A stretch of DNA of 64,000 nucleotides, from NCBI GenBank assembly GCA_904063045.1, contig CAJFCJ010000038.1, positions 100,315-164,314 on the forward strand. The letters run 5' to 3'. Every line of letters begins with the position of its first letter. The first letter of the stretch is position 1. Below are positions 38,601 to 50,400 of the stretch, piece by piece. Position numbers and translations under genes: made by a program. Below the pieces are notes generated by a model that was not told where the DNA came from, did no database searches, and was given only the letters and a program-made list of their open reading frames with translations. The stretch comes from Dimorphilus gyrociliatus. Taxonomy: Eukaryota > Animalia > Annelida.

Positions 38601-41600
38601 CAGTATCCTTAGCGCAATCGTCTATAAACCAAAGGAATTAAATTATAAAACATTGGTATAGTTAATTAATCAATTAAATTAAGTAATTAAATCAATCAAC
38701 TCATAACAGAAAATGACAAGTCGACAATTGTTAAAATTGAACGACGCTCTTCATTCTAGCAGAGCTGAACGAGAGAAAAATAAAGAAATTTCTATAAGTA
38801 TAAACAAATAAAAACAACCAAAAATATTTACTATAATTTCTATTTTGTCAGGTTTGATTGAAACTTCTATTCGACTAGCAACTTCCGTTGAATCTTATAG
38901 GCGAGATCAAGAGTCTTTCTACATTGAAAGTAACACTACAACTACGAATTCTACCATCAACAATTCAACAATTGATCAGGATGTTCAAAAACGTCTACAA
39001 TTGAAAGAAGTAATGCGTAGGATTATCTTTACCATTGATAATATTACAGATAGTCTATTGGATACGTTGAAATTGAATGATACACCGATACAAGTGACTT
39101 TTGAAGAGATATTTTTGGAAATTGGAAAAACTTCACCAATCGAATTATTGAGAAAAAATTTTACAAATCCTCTTGGAGAGTTGAACATTCATTCTTTAGA
39201 AATCATTAACTATACTTGCGCTAGTAGAAAGATTGTTATGACTAGATTTAATCTATTCATGTGGGATGAAACGTCTAATGACGTTGAATCCGGTTTGCTT
39301 CAATTGGATATTTTTCCGTGCGATGGCGCCAGAGAAGTGTCGAGGAAAAGGAAAAAACGTAGCATTGTAAACACTCCGGGGAATAGATTTACTTTTACGT
39401 CCAGGATGGATGAAAATGCTGTTGAAACGACTCAGAAGATTAACACAACGGCTTTGGCTGCATTACATTTCTTCAATATTTCGGACGATACTAATCCAAT
39501 ACAATTAAGATTCGAACCGCCCGAGCATTTAACGCTACAAGTACTAGTAGGAATTGATCAGAGACCGTCAATTGACAAAAATAACGGTTCATTCATAATT
39601 CCAAATGTAAATAGGACGTGCTCTAATGAGAATGATATCGGATATTGTAATGATTTAAAGCGAACAATTGTGCTGCAATCGTATTTTAATACAACGCTAA
39701 CGGTTAGAGTTACTATTGAAAAGTGCATTAATTGTACAGAGGAGGTGTTACTCTATACATTATCGGTGTTTAATACGTCGTGTAGAATATGGACTGGAGA
39801 GAAATGGATAGAAAATAAAGAGTGCATAACTGAAAAGGAAAGTACCTCGACTAAAGTTAGATTCACCAGCAATCTCTTTGGTAGTATTGGAGCCGGAATC
39901 GACGTTCTACCAAACTTGATTGATTTCGATACGGTATTCGACGATTTCGCTAGTAAATTAGCCGATAATGCGGCAGTTTTTGGTACAATTTGCGCTCTCT
40001 TCGTACTTTATATACCGTTAGCTTTACTGGTGAAGAGAATGGATAAGAAGGATAAACTATTGTGGCAACCGTTACCGTTACTGGATAACTTTAAAGGAGA
40101 TAAATTCGAATACGAAGTACACGTATTTACCGGCAATGAAAAGAATTCGGGTACAATATCTAAAGTTCTCTTTACTACTTTTGGAACCGAATGCAATTCG
40201 GGGAGGAGGCGTCTAGTATCAACCGGAGTAACCTCATTCGATTCGGCATCCGTTAGGTCGTTCATCATGACGACCAGCCATTATCTAGGTTCATTAGTTT
40301 GTATTAGAATTTGGCTAGAAGAAATGATATTTGCGGAAGATCCTTTTGATCCTTGGTTCCTTAGTCGAATAGTTATCATAGATAGGACGTCGCAGGCGTG
40401 GTATAATTTCGATTGCAACCAATGGCTTTCGCACATACACGGCGATGGTCACGTTGAAAGAATTCTTATGGCGACAAAAAACGATATGACGCCTGATATG
40501 AACGAGCTATTTAAAAGGAATTTCTATAGAAGAATGGCCGACGACCATTTGTGGATATCAGTCGGAGCAAGAAGAACAAAATCAAAATTTACCAGACTAC
40601 AAAGACTCGGCGTCTGTTTCGTTGCGTTATTCCTATCAATGATTGCTAGTTGTATGTTTTATAAGGATAGCAGCGAAGAGGCGAACCAAAGAGCTGGCCT
40701 TACATTAGGACCATTTTCTTTTACAGTAAGGGAGTTGTACGTTGGTTTAGCGAGTAGTGCAGTAGTATTTCCCGGTCTCGTTTTAATTACATTATTATTT
40801 AATGCAAAAAAGTGGAGAAAGTATACGGTCCCTATTGGATGGTGTGTTGCGGCCATTGCAGCGTTAACTGCCGCATTCTTCACAATACTTTATTCAATAC
40901 AATGGGGTAAAGAAAAGTCTCTGCAGTGGCTCTTATCCTTTACTATGTCATTTGTCTATAGTATCATGCTAATTCAACCGGTTAAAGTTGTTTTTATAGC
41001 ATTTCTATTGACATTCTTAATGAAAAAGGATACGGATCTAACAGAATACGAAGAAAATATTGGCGAAATGAATAAATTGGAATACAAAAATCTCGATCAT
41101 ATTCCAAAAGGTTTGAAAATTGCTTATAAAATTAGATAGATAGATAGACGAACGAACAGACGAATAATTAAAAAAAGACTACTAATTCTATTGTTTATTT
41201 TGCAGAATTGAATATTCAACAGAAAATTAAAGAGACTGTTGAGGAAACTATGAAATTAAAAGAGACCAAAGTTGTAGAAGATAGAATGCACAATATGGTG
41301 AAGATTATCGTATTGCATCTTATCTATACATTATTTGTGGTATTCATATGCTATAGTAACCAAAATCCATCGTTCTATTATCAGAATAAAGCGATTTACG
41401 ATACTCTACCAAAATTATCAAAGGTCAATAGTCAGGCAAATTTTTGGTGGTGGATTGAAGATATTGCTCTTCCTGGATTGTATCCCAGACAATATTACAA
41501 CTCGAAGAATATGTCCAAATACGATATGAAACATACCAGCGAATATAATCATATGAGATTTTCATCGGTTAGACTATTTCAAGAGAGGGTCAATCCTTCA

Positions 41601-43076
41601 AAATGTCGACTACCGCAACAATTACAGTCGATATTCAACAACTACAACTGCTATAAGGAAATGGGCGATGATAATAAATTTGATAGGAATTCGTCGTTTC
41701 ACTGGCACGACTATAGCCATTCGAATAATACGCACGAAGCTTTCATCTACTCTAAAAAATTTAATGGATATTCAATTGCGCTTGGTGAAGATTTCCAATA
41801 CGCTAAACGTCTAGTTAAGAATTTAAAGAAGTGGAAATGGACTGATCGTCAAACTCGAATAGTTACGCTAGATATGACAATTTTAAATCAAGAAATTGTT
41901 TCTCAAGTTAAATGGACATTTAAGATGAAAGCGACTGGTGGCGTTACAACTGTTTTAAGGTGCGATTCTTTAATTCTGTACAGGTATACTGGTGCGGGAG
42001 GATTAGTAGCGTTAATCGTTGAGATATTATCAATATTAATGTGGATAGCATTAGTTATCCGACTAGTTTATAGATTGATAAAATACGACGAAATTCCGCG
42101 AATATTTCAAACGTTATCGTTACTATTTTTCGCCTGTTCAATAATTTTGTATATATGGAGGACAGTGAAAGGTGTGAACGCCGTTGAGACTGTTATGAAT
42201 TCAAGAAAGACTTTTACTAATTTATCTCCGTTCTTTAACTCTCATTATTATTTTATGGTGTTTATTGGATTTTGCGCCTTCTTTGCACAGATTCATTTGT
42301 TGAACCTTTTAAAAATATCTAGAACCGTCTCGGTTCTGATTGGTACATTGAATAAATCCAAGGGCGAATTGGGTTCAATTGGATTTTGCTGTTGTATATT
42401 CTTTCTCGGTTACGCTTGTTGGGGTTATATACTTTTGGGACCAAATACGGAAATCTATAAGAGTTTTAAATTTACTTGCTACGCTCTAGTCGATACTGTT
42501 TTTGGCCATTTAGATTTTCATTTAATATCGGAAACGGCTGGATTATTGGGAAAAATTTACATCATATCCTACGCGTCTATAATGATGTATCTTATCTTGA
42601 ATATATTCATTTCGACTCTCAACGAATTTATATCGGCGGTAAAGGTGGATAAGACTGTTTTGTCGGAGGATCCAAAAGTTTTCAAGTATATTGTAGGGGA
42701 AATAAAGAAGATATTTCAAAATAGAACAACCGATATCCAAATTAAAAATTACGATAAAGAGATTAGACTATACGGAGGTATGTACAATATCTTTACTATA
42801 CAGCTCGTTTTCTTCTTCTTCTTCTTCTTCTTCTTCTCTTACTAATCATAATTTACCAATCTATTGTTTTTAAAAGCTTTGACTAATCATATAAGAGGCT
42901 TGGAAAATATTACAACGACCAATATTCGTGGACCCGATATAGATTCATTTTTAGATCTCGTAGAATATATTCTCACTTCAGATGATATGGAGAATGATTA
43001 TATTCAACAATCAGCCACTATGGATGACGAAGAACTTTACAATGAACTTTTAATTATATTTCGTATTGCTGACTAA
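21840..43076 (+). CDS. Multi-exon polycystin-1 family (PKD1L/REJ-like) 11-TM receptor-channel with a very large lectin-rich ectodomain
   Basis: Signal-peptide exon 21840-21918 (MINSALLLRRVCVSVIIFVAVIGGIN) splices in phase 1 to 21992 (GNTCENDFVVFRKACYSL, C-type lectin). ORF pieces then give C-type lectin, F5/8C, PAN, fibrinogen-like and F-type lectin modules, PKD repeats, REJ, GAIN/GPS, TM1, PLAT/LH2 (YEVHVFTG..WFLSRIVI..FDCNQWL), HLWISV..FTRLQRL, a TOP domain and the 6-TM channel. Stop at 43074-43076. Exact exon boundaries were only partly traced. Confidence 0.9.
21992..31850 (+). other. Lectin/adhesion array of the polycystin gene (several C-type lectin, F5/8 type C and PAN/apple modules, one fibrinogen-C-like module, one F-type lectin module)
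   Basis: CTL: CY..W..G..F..W, WNDxxC-like, KWETTDCNKHHQYLCK. F5/8C: LGMGDGTINDYQITAS, YVEIDLG..VTGLISQ, ARYVRIQP..FRIELLGC, LRMDIISFNGDAVVRFELYGC. PAN: CLKLCEEETSFECLSF..CKIY. FReD: EYALGND..LRIDM..MKFYTIDKDN..GWWF..C. FTP: LAVDG..DPWWVVSLG..VIWNRKDCC..LTLCEVKIY. Confidence 0.75.
29601..29646 (+). repeat. (CT)n/(CTGT) microsatellite in a polycystin intron
   Basis: Directly visible. Other microsatellites: (TA)n ~11221-11248, (GA)n ~20507-20532, (TTC)n ~42810-42836, (TA)n ~44419-44442. Confidence 0.9.
33129..38485 (+). other. PKD-domain repeats and REJ module of the polycystin gene
   Basis: Repeated D(Y/F)G(N/D)G-type motifs (LNYGDN, ISYGNG, FDYANG, LDYGN), Hx(Y/F)..G.Y.V.L.A.N motifs, then REJ-like FKWFC, NKPPFGGKCS and FDITCQGW. 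Confidence 0.8.
38845..42845 (+). other. GAIN/GPS, TM1, PLAT/LH2, TM2-5, TOP and PKD channel domains
   Basis: ORFs 38845..41139 and 41208..42845 carry the conserved polycystin-1 family motifs in the expected order. Confidence 0.85.
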
Positions 43077-43856
43077 AAGAGAAAAGTGTGCAATGCATAC
43101 ATTTTCCTATTATATTTTAACACATCTTTATATATTCTGTAAATGTTAAATAATGATCTCTTTTTTCAATCATGATTAAATAAAGAACAAAGTAACCCTG
43201 TTACAGTCACTTTAAACAATTTGTAAATTGTATATTTATAGTATAAATGACTAGAAAAAGAAGCAGAAGAAGAAGAAGAAGATGATGATGATGATGTAGA
43301 CGACAACGATGATTGGTTGGTATAGAAAGGGAGATGATTGGTATTGGACCAGATTTCTATGTATTTTAACTAATTACTAGTAAATTTGATTATTTGAACA
43401 ATTGTTGAAGATGACATACAAACAAAGCTGGTAACAAGTTTGATATGATATATTGAAAATAGTTGTAAAGAAAAGAAAAAATTGCAGACTAGACAAAACC
43501 AAAGAAATTATAATCAAATATACATTTAAATTATTAATATATATATAATTGAAGTAAATATAGATATTAGAAATCAATTAATCCCTTATCAATAAATACT
43601 TACAATTATCTTCTCTCTCTCTCTTTCTCTTATATAAATTTTCTTTTATATTTACTTAATTTAAATGTAATTTGCTTACCAGTCATTATTGATGGGAAAA
43701 TATTACAAGATCTAGTATCTCTTCGTTATTGAACACCTTTGGAAATTACACAACAGATAGAACAAATGAATATATACAACATTGCAACGGTTTGTATAAG
43801 TATGTCTAGACGCTTTTAAGGTCGTTGTACTTTACTCTGGAAAGGAGGAGAAAAGG

Positions 43857-44573
43857 ATGCATTATCTACAGTTACTTGCTTTTCTCTTAATAATAACTTT
43901 GAAATGTGAAGTATCTTTACAGGGAATAGGTATAAACATAAATTACATAAATTGTCAAACAATTAACAAACAGTTTAATAGTTTGTCTTTCTTTATATTC
44001 ATTTCTGGTTAGTTTGCACCTATACAAAAAGAAGTAATAAACATATTGAAGGTAATCATTTTATACCACCGGAATGGGGATCTAGTGACCATAAGTATAT
44101 TCCATTGACGGAATGCAAAAAAATCTGTACGAAATATGTGATTTGCAAGTAAGTAAATTCCAAATTGTATCTATATTTATATATAGTTGATGAACATATC
44201 ACCTAAATTTGGCAGTAAGCCAAATTATCCTTACATCAATATCGTGACGTGTTATATAATTTAAACCTGTTCGTACCCGCTTATCATTTATTATGTACGT
44301 TTAATACTTATAATTAATTCTATATTACCAGTATAGACTTTAATTATAAATGTGCTGAATAGATAAGTCAATGACGTAGTGACGACTTATGGCAGCAACT
44401 TGCTTGCTCAACGACTACATATATATATATATATATATATATTAATTAGGTCATTGGATCATCATCATACGAGTAACAAATGTTGGTTACACGATGTTCA
44501 TTCGTATCAAACATACCAGTACGAAAGTGACGGATCCTACGATTTCTATGAAAAGTATGAATGCAGTAAGTAA
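43857..44573 (+). CDS. Small secreted single PAN/apple-domain protein (110 aa, 3 exons: 43857-43929, 44013-44148, 44450-44573)
   Basis: Splicing at GT-AG sites gives 333 nt: MHYLQLLAFLLIITLKCEVSLQGIVCTYTKRSNKHIEG...LTECKKICTKYVICKSLDHHHTSNKCWLHD...YDFYEKYECSK*. It has a signal peptide and the PAN cysteine pattern (C..CxxxC....C.S...C.L..YEK.C). Confidence 0.75.
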
Positions 44574-44600
44574 ATTATTATTGTACTTTCCTGCTGGGGT

Positions 44601-45099
44601 TGTAGGTAAGTACTGGTCCAAATGTTCTATTTGGAATCAGGGGTAAGCCACTTAGAAGAGAGATATAGAATTGAGGGAGGATGAATATAGAACCAAAATG
44701 TAAGAATAATATAACTGTATTCTAAAGTAATACTAGACCTGTTCACTAAGGGAGTTGATTCAGGACTGAATGCCTGTTACTACCTACGCCCTGCTTTTAT
44801 ACAATTCCTTATCAGTTGTTTATACCTTAGCTGTCAACAACAAGGGTCTAACACCAGATAAGGATTGTTCACAACAAATAGGGTCAAGGGTTATCGTATT
44901 TATGAATTAGTGATGTACACAACAACAACTTTGTGTAGATAAACCCTCAAGGGTTAATTGTTACATGATATTTATGTAAATAAACACTTGTTGTTGTTGT
45001 CAACACATTTGGTTATGTAACATCTTATCCTTTGCCTATAAAAGGGGCTGATTTTGTCAGTTCGGCATCATCTACCCCAAAGGCAACATCTACTACAAC
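44601..45099. mobile_element. Putative solo LTR-like element
   Basis: TGTAG...CTACA(ACA) inverted termini, three internal AAGGGT-initiated repeats, TATAAAA at 45037-45043. No TSD found. Confidence 0.4.
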
Positions 45100-45755
45100 A
45101 CCTCTACCATATGGTAAGTATTATTTATAAAATATCTATAAACTATAGTTGATAAGTGTACAATTGTCTTTGAGATAAATTCATTACATTAACTCATTCA
45201 ATTCGTATAAACAATCATTAACATTAACAAATATATTTTCAAAAAAGTAGAAAACCAAATCCCATTGTAGATAGTTAATATATAGTAAAAGGAAACAAAA
45301 ATACTATTACACGCTACCACTGAGCATGATCAAAGTCATGACTTCTCGCCAAGCTTTAAGTGAATGTGATAAAACCACTACACTATGCAACCTGGATACT
45401 AGTTGGAAAACATTACGTAAATAACACACTAAAACTTTAGATTGATTATAATTAGACGCTTTATTCTCTGGTTTTGGAATGCTTACATTGCTATTCTTTA
45501 CTTATTCAATAATAACTGGGTTTTATTTCCATAGAAAACCTACTAATTATTACTTTATTCACTAATCACCATCTTGGAAGAGATTTATCTATGAATATTT
45601 GAGAAGATTTCCAACAAAGTCATTTCATAACCAATACACTTTATATATGTATTTCATACGCTAATAATTTATTGATTCATTTTTTATACTTGTAAAAGAG
45701 ACTTAATATAAATAAAAAACCTAAGCGCATGCTTACAAAGTAAGTAAATGTTTTT

Positions 45756-46720
45756 TTGCTCACTATGCCTATTATTATTTCCTGTTTTTGTTTAGCCCAT
45801 TCCCAGTTTGTCCAAATAAACCCTGAAAAGGGTTCTAATCAACCTACTGATGATGACAGTACATGTAAAGAGGAAAAAGATCCTAGCTCAGTAATTGATC
45901 AGAAAAAATGTAAATCAAAGACAGAGGAAACTAGTAATGGAAAAATTGAGAAGACAGGTACTGGGAAGAATAATGCTTGCCCTAATTTTGAGAATGATTC
46001 AGGTGTTACACCACTTCCTGTTGAACACAATGCTCCACTTGGAGAAGCATTACTTAAAAATTCAAAAACTGAATTCCTTATCGACAAATATGGTAACTTG
46101 AAACAAAGTGATGGTGATTTTGAAGAAATGATAAGGAGAATAAAGGACATAAAAAAATGTGGCTATCCATTTTGCAAGAAATTAAAGGTAAGCAATAAAA
46201 ATTGTCGTTTATTCAACTCTTTTTGAATGTTTCACTTTTGAACCGTTGTTAGAAAAAGGTTATGCCTGAGAAATATAGAAATGAAAAAGACAAGCCCAAA
46301 AAAAAAACACACTGCTGCCATCATCTTATACCGAATTGGAAAGTAGAAGAAATCGCCAAATCTGCAGGAAGGGCTGGAGTTGAATAATTTATTAACGGAA
46401 ATTCTCTGATTAAAGAATTGTTGCAAAATCGACTAGTATTGAAGAAGAATAGAGGGAAATTATTACACGCCTGTTATTCTTGCAACTCATACAATTTAGT
46501 AAAAGGCCCACATAAAAGTGAACGGTTAAAAGATCCAGGTAGGAAATTAGATAAGGAGCTGATTGATATTCAAATTAAAGAAGTAGCAGACAAGATCAGA
46601 AAATGTGAAAATAATGACGATTATTGCACACTCAATACAATACTACATGCGCCACTTTGGCAAAAAGATAAAGATGGCAAATTTATCATACTACCAAAAA
46701 GACTGAGCATAGATCGTCTC
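45756..46720 (+). pseudogene. Degenerate HNH-like endonuclease relic (possibly viral/Polinton-like)
   Basis: CGYPFC...HCCHHLIP...LLHACYSCN resembles an HNH motif. YCTL..APLW..RLSIDRL resembles the SIDR(I/L)D motif of a second HNH, cut off at a G11 run. Stops and frameshifts are present. Confidence 0.35.
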
Positions 46721-46731
46721 GGGGGGGGGGG

Positions 46732-46800
46732 AGCTCTGAGCAGTATCATATTTATACAGACGCATCAGACACCATATTGGGGGTAGCTATCTATTCATGT
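46732..46800 (+). mobile_element. LTR-retrotransposon RNase H fragment
   Basis: SSEQYHIYTDASDTILGVAIYSC matches the RT-RNase H xxTDAS..LG motif; it lies in a frame the ORF track does not show. Confidence 0.5.
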
Positions 46801-47414
46801 GCGAAAAGGAGTGGACAGAATAATAAGATTAATGGTCAGACTGGCAATGAAAACGACAAAGCAAGGAAAGCCGTGCAATTATCAAGGGTTGGTCTTCCTC
46901 AATGGATTTGATGTTGTTTGTTTTTATGAATCTGCTCAGTATTGTTTGTGTTTCAAGATTTTATTGATTGTAAAGATTCATTTTTGTTGAATTCAACAAA
47001 CAGGTGTTGCCTGGTGTTTGACCTTGAATTCGTTTGCGAAGAGAGAAACTCTTGTGGAAATAATGAAAACAAACACTCTACTGAAATACGGTGTCTTTAC
47101 ACAACCAGGCTAATCAGCAGTTCATAAAATTCAAAAGAGACCAGCTTATAAAAGAATTACAAAATGACTAATTCACAATATTGATAAGATTTGGTGCCAT
47201 ATCTAATCCATCTGATGAACTTGCAAATAGATTACATGTAAACCTTACTTTTGATGTTGTTATCTCTCTGTCAATTGTACAAACATTATTGTCATCTTGC
47301 CAATTTATTATAACCATATAATTTCAACAAATTCTTAATATTATAACCTCTTAGTTGTGGTTAACCATTTTTTAGATCTAATATTACAAATATTTCTGTT
47401 GCTGCTGTTAAAAA

Positions 47415-50400
47415 ATGAATTCAAGAGAAAAACTCAGTTTTAATTACTACAGGAAAGATATCGAAACCTTATTTATGAAAGAATGTGAACTATTAGAGAT
47501 GTGTGCAAGTCAATATGACTTGAATAGTTGGGCATCAGGAGAAACTTTCATAGTAGAATTAGCAAATCCAAAGAAAAAAACAAAAGCGGTCCAGGAGCTG
47601 TTGAATTACCTCAGTGAAATTTCAATAGATGAAACACTTAAAATATTAGAAACTATTAATGATAATGGTAATAAACAAGCTGAACAACTTAAAGAAAAGT
47701 TAAAAGATCAGACATATGTTTGGCATAAACTGGTAGCTGCCACAAAGGAACAGAGGAGGGATGACTGTGGTTTGATTTTCCTTCTTCCATTCATTGGGAC
47801 AAAACAAGCGAGGATTGAATATATCAATACTCCAATCAAAATGTTACAAATTACATCCGAGAATATTATTGAAAGAAAACTTGTAGATACAGAAGTGACT
47901 TATGAGAATTTTTTCAAGATATTCTATGAGAAATCTTACAATAAAATCTTGATTGAAGGAAAACCTGGAGGAGGAAAAAGTGTTCACATGAAAAATCTTC
48001 TCTTTAAATGGTCCAAGATTGAAGATAAGGACAAACTGTTTATATTTCTCATTTTGAAGAATGTTCAAATGGAAAAAAGTCTTTATGAGGAGATTGTGGA
48101 ACAAAACTTTAAAAACATTCCATTCATTAATGCCAACATTGTTGAATTATTCTTCACTGAGAAGAGAAACGATGTAATATTGCTTTTAGACGGAGCAGAT
48201 GAATTTCATTTAAAAAATCACAAAATCAATTCTATATTAAATGCACGAAAAACAAATATTCCAACTGCAATATGGTCTCGCAATTGGAAGGCACAAATGT
48301 TTGAAAGTACCTGTGATATTGCATTTGAGCTTATGGGATGGGATACTATTCAAATGGAAAACTTCTTTAGTAAGTGTTTTATCTCCAAGGAAAAAAGTGC
48401 AAATTTTATTGAAAAGGTTATAAATAATAATTCCAACATTAAAAGGTTGTGTAAAATTCCAATTTTAGCAATGATTCTCTTCCATCTTTGGAATGAAAAA
48501 AAAGATATTTCTAAAAAATCTTTATATGAAATTTATGAAGATCTTGTTAAGATTATCCTCGAAAAGAATAGAAAGATCTTGAAAGAATCTGACCAAAACC
48601 GTCTTTGTGAATTGTCTTTCATGAATCTTGCTAAAAACAAAATTATCTTACCCAAAGATAGCAATGAACAAGAAGTTTTTAAAGAAGGTTTACAGTGCTT
48701 AATTCAAGTTATTCCAACTGAATCTGATAAAATAGAACTACATTTCTATCATTTATCATTTCAAGAGTTTTTTTCAGCCCAGTTTCTAATAAAACAATTT
48801 AGACAAAGCAATAGAAACACTTTTTTGTCTAGTATGGATAATTTATTCAAAGAAACAAATAATTCCACCATTTATAATGTAATTGACTTTATAAAAGAAT
48901 ACTGTGAAGACATCTTTAATGATATTATACTCTACTCCGAACTTGTAAGAAAAATGTACAATTGTAGTGACAATATCAAAAAGATTTTATGTCAAGATTG
49001 GGATGACAGTGATACCATGAATTTAGAAAATGATGATATTCATGATTATATTCTGGAAACTTTAATAAAAAAGATTGGAAAGTTCATAAAAATTGTAAAG
49101 ATTGTCAATACAAATATCAACACTAAACTTTTATTTGAAATGCTTTTTTCAAATGCTGATGGTTTAAAGAAACTGATAATACATCATACAGTTTTTTCGG
49201 ATTATAGTTCAAATAATATATTCTTATCGAAATATTTGTGGAATTTAGAGCAATTGGAAATTAGGGATTGTTATTTGAATGAACAGACTCTGGAATATGT
49301 TGAAAAAGTCATAGGATATTGTCCTTCACTAAAAATTTTCATTCTATCAGACAACAAAATGTTGGGAGATGGGTTTAATGCAGTTTGTGAAAGACTAGCA
49401 TCACAAAAAATTACTCATATTGATGTTTCCAACTGCCATTTGAATAACCAAGAAATTATAACTCTTGGAAAAACAATTGCACAGTGTTCAGGATTAGAAA
49501 ATATAGATTTATCATATAATAAACAAATAGGAGAAATATTTGAAGTAATATCTGATGGATTGAAAACTCCCTTGAAACATCTAAAACAAATCAAATTGGT
49601 TGAATGTGGTCTAACTGAGAAGCAAGCTGTAAGTCTTCACAAAATTATTCAAGGTTGCTCCTGTCTGGAAATTATAGATTTATCAGGAAATCAAAATGCA
49701 GAGTTGGGAAGAAATTTTGGAAGAGACTCTTTTAAAAGTTTAATAAAAGTATACCTTAAATATTGTTGTGTAAGAGAAAAAGAAGCAATTCTTCTAGAAT
49801 CTTGCTCATTTCTACAATGTTTAGATTTATCTGAAAATAAATTAATGGGAAATGGATTTAAAAATATTTGTAATGGAATATCTTCATCATGTGGGTTTAT
49901 AAAAGAAATAAACCTAAAAAGTTGTAATCTAACTGAAAAACAAGGAGAATGGCTTGGAGATGCCTTGAAAAATTGTAGTTTGTTAGAAAGTGTTAGTTTA
50001 TCATATAATAGATTAGGTGAAAAAGCTTTGGAAACAATATGTGATGGATTAATGTCATCTTCTTCCAAACTAAGTGAAATCAACCTAACAAGCTGTTTCT
50101 TGAGTAAAAAAAGTGCAAATTCCCTTTCAAAAATAATACAAGGATGCACTGCATTAGAAAGCATTGATTTATCTGAAAATGAAGAATTAGGCAGAGAATT
50201 TGTAAAAATTTTTCAAAACTGCTCTGAAAAATTAAAAACTCTTAAACTCTCTAATTGTAAAGTAAATCAAGTTGATGCTCACAGTCTACAAAAGTTGACA
50301 CAAATTTGTTCTTCATTAGAAATTGTTGATTTATCACATAATAAGGAAATGGGAAATGGATTTCAATCAATTTGTTGGCAATGGTCAAAGGGTAACTCAT

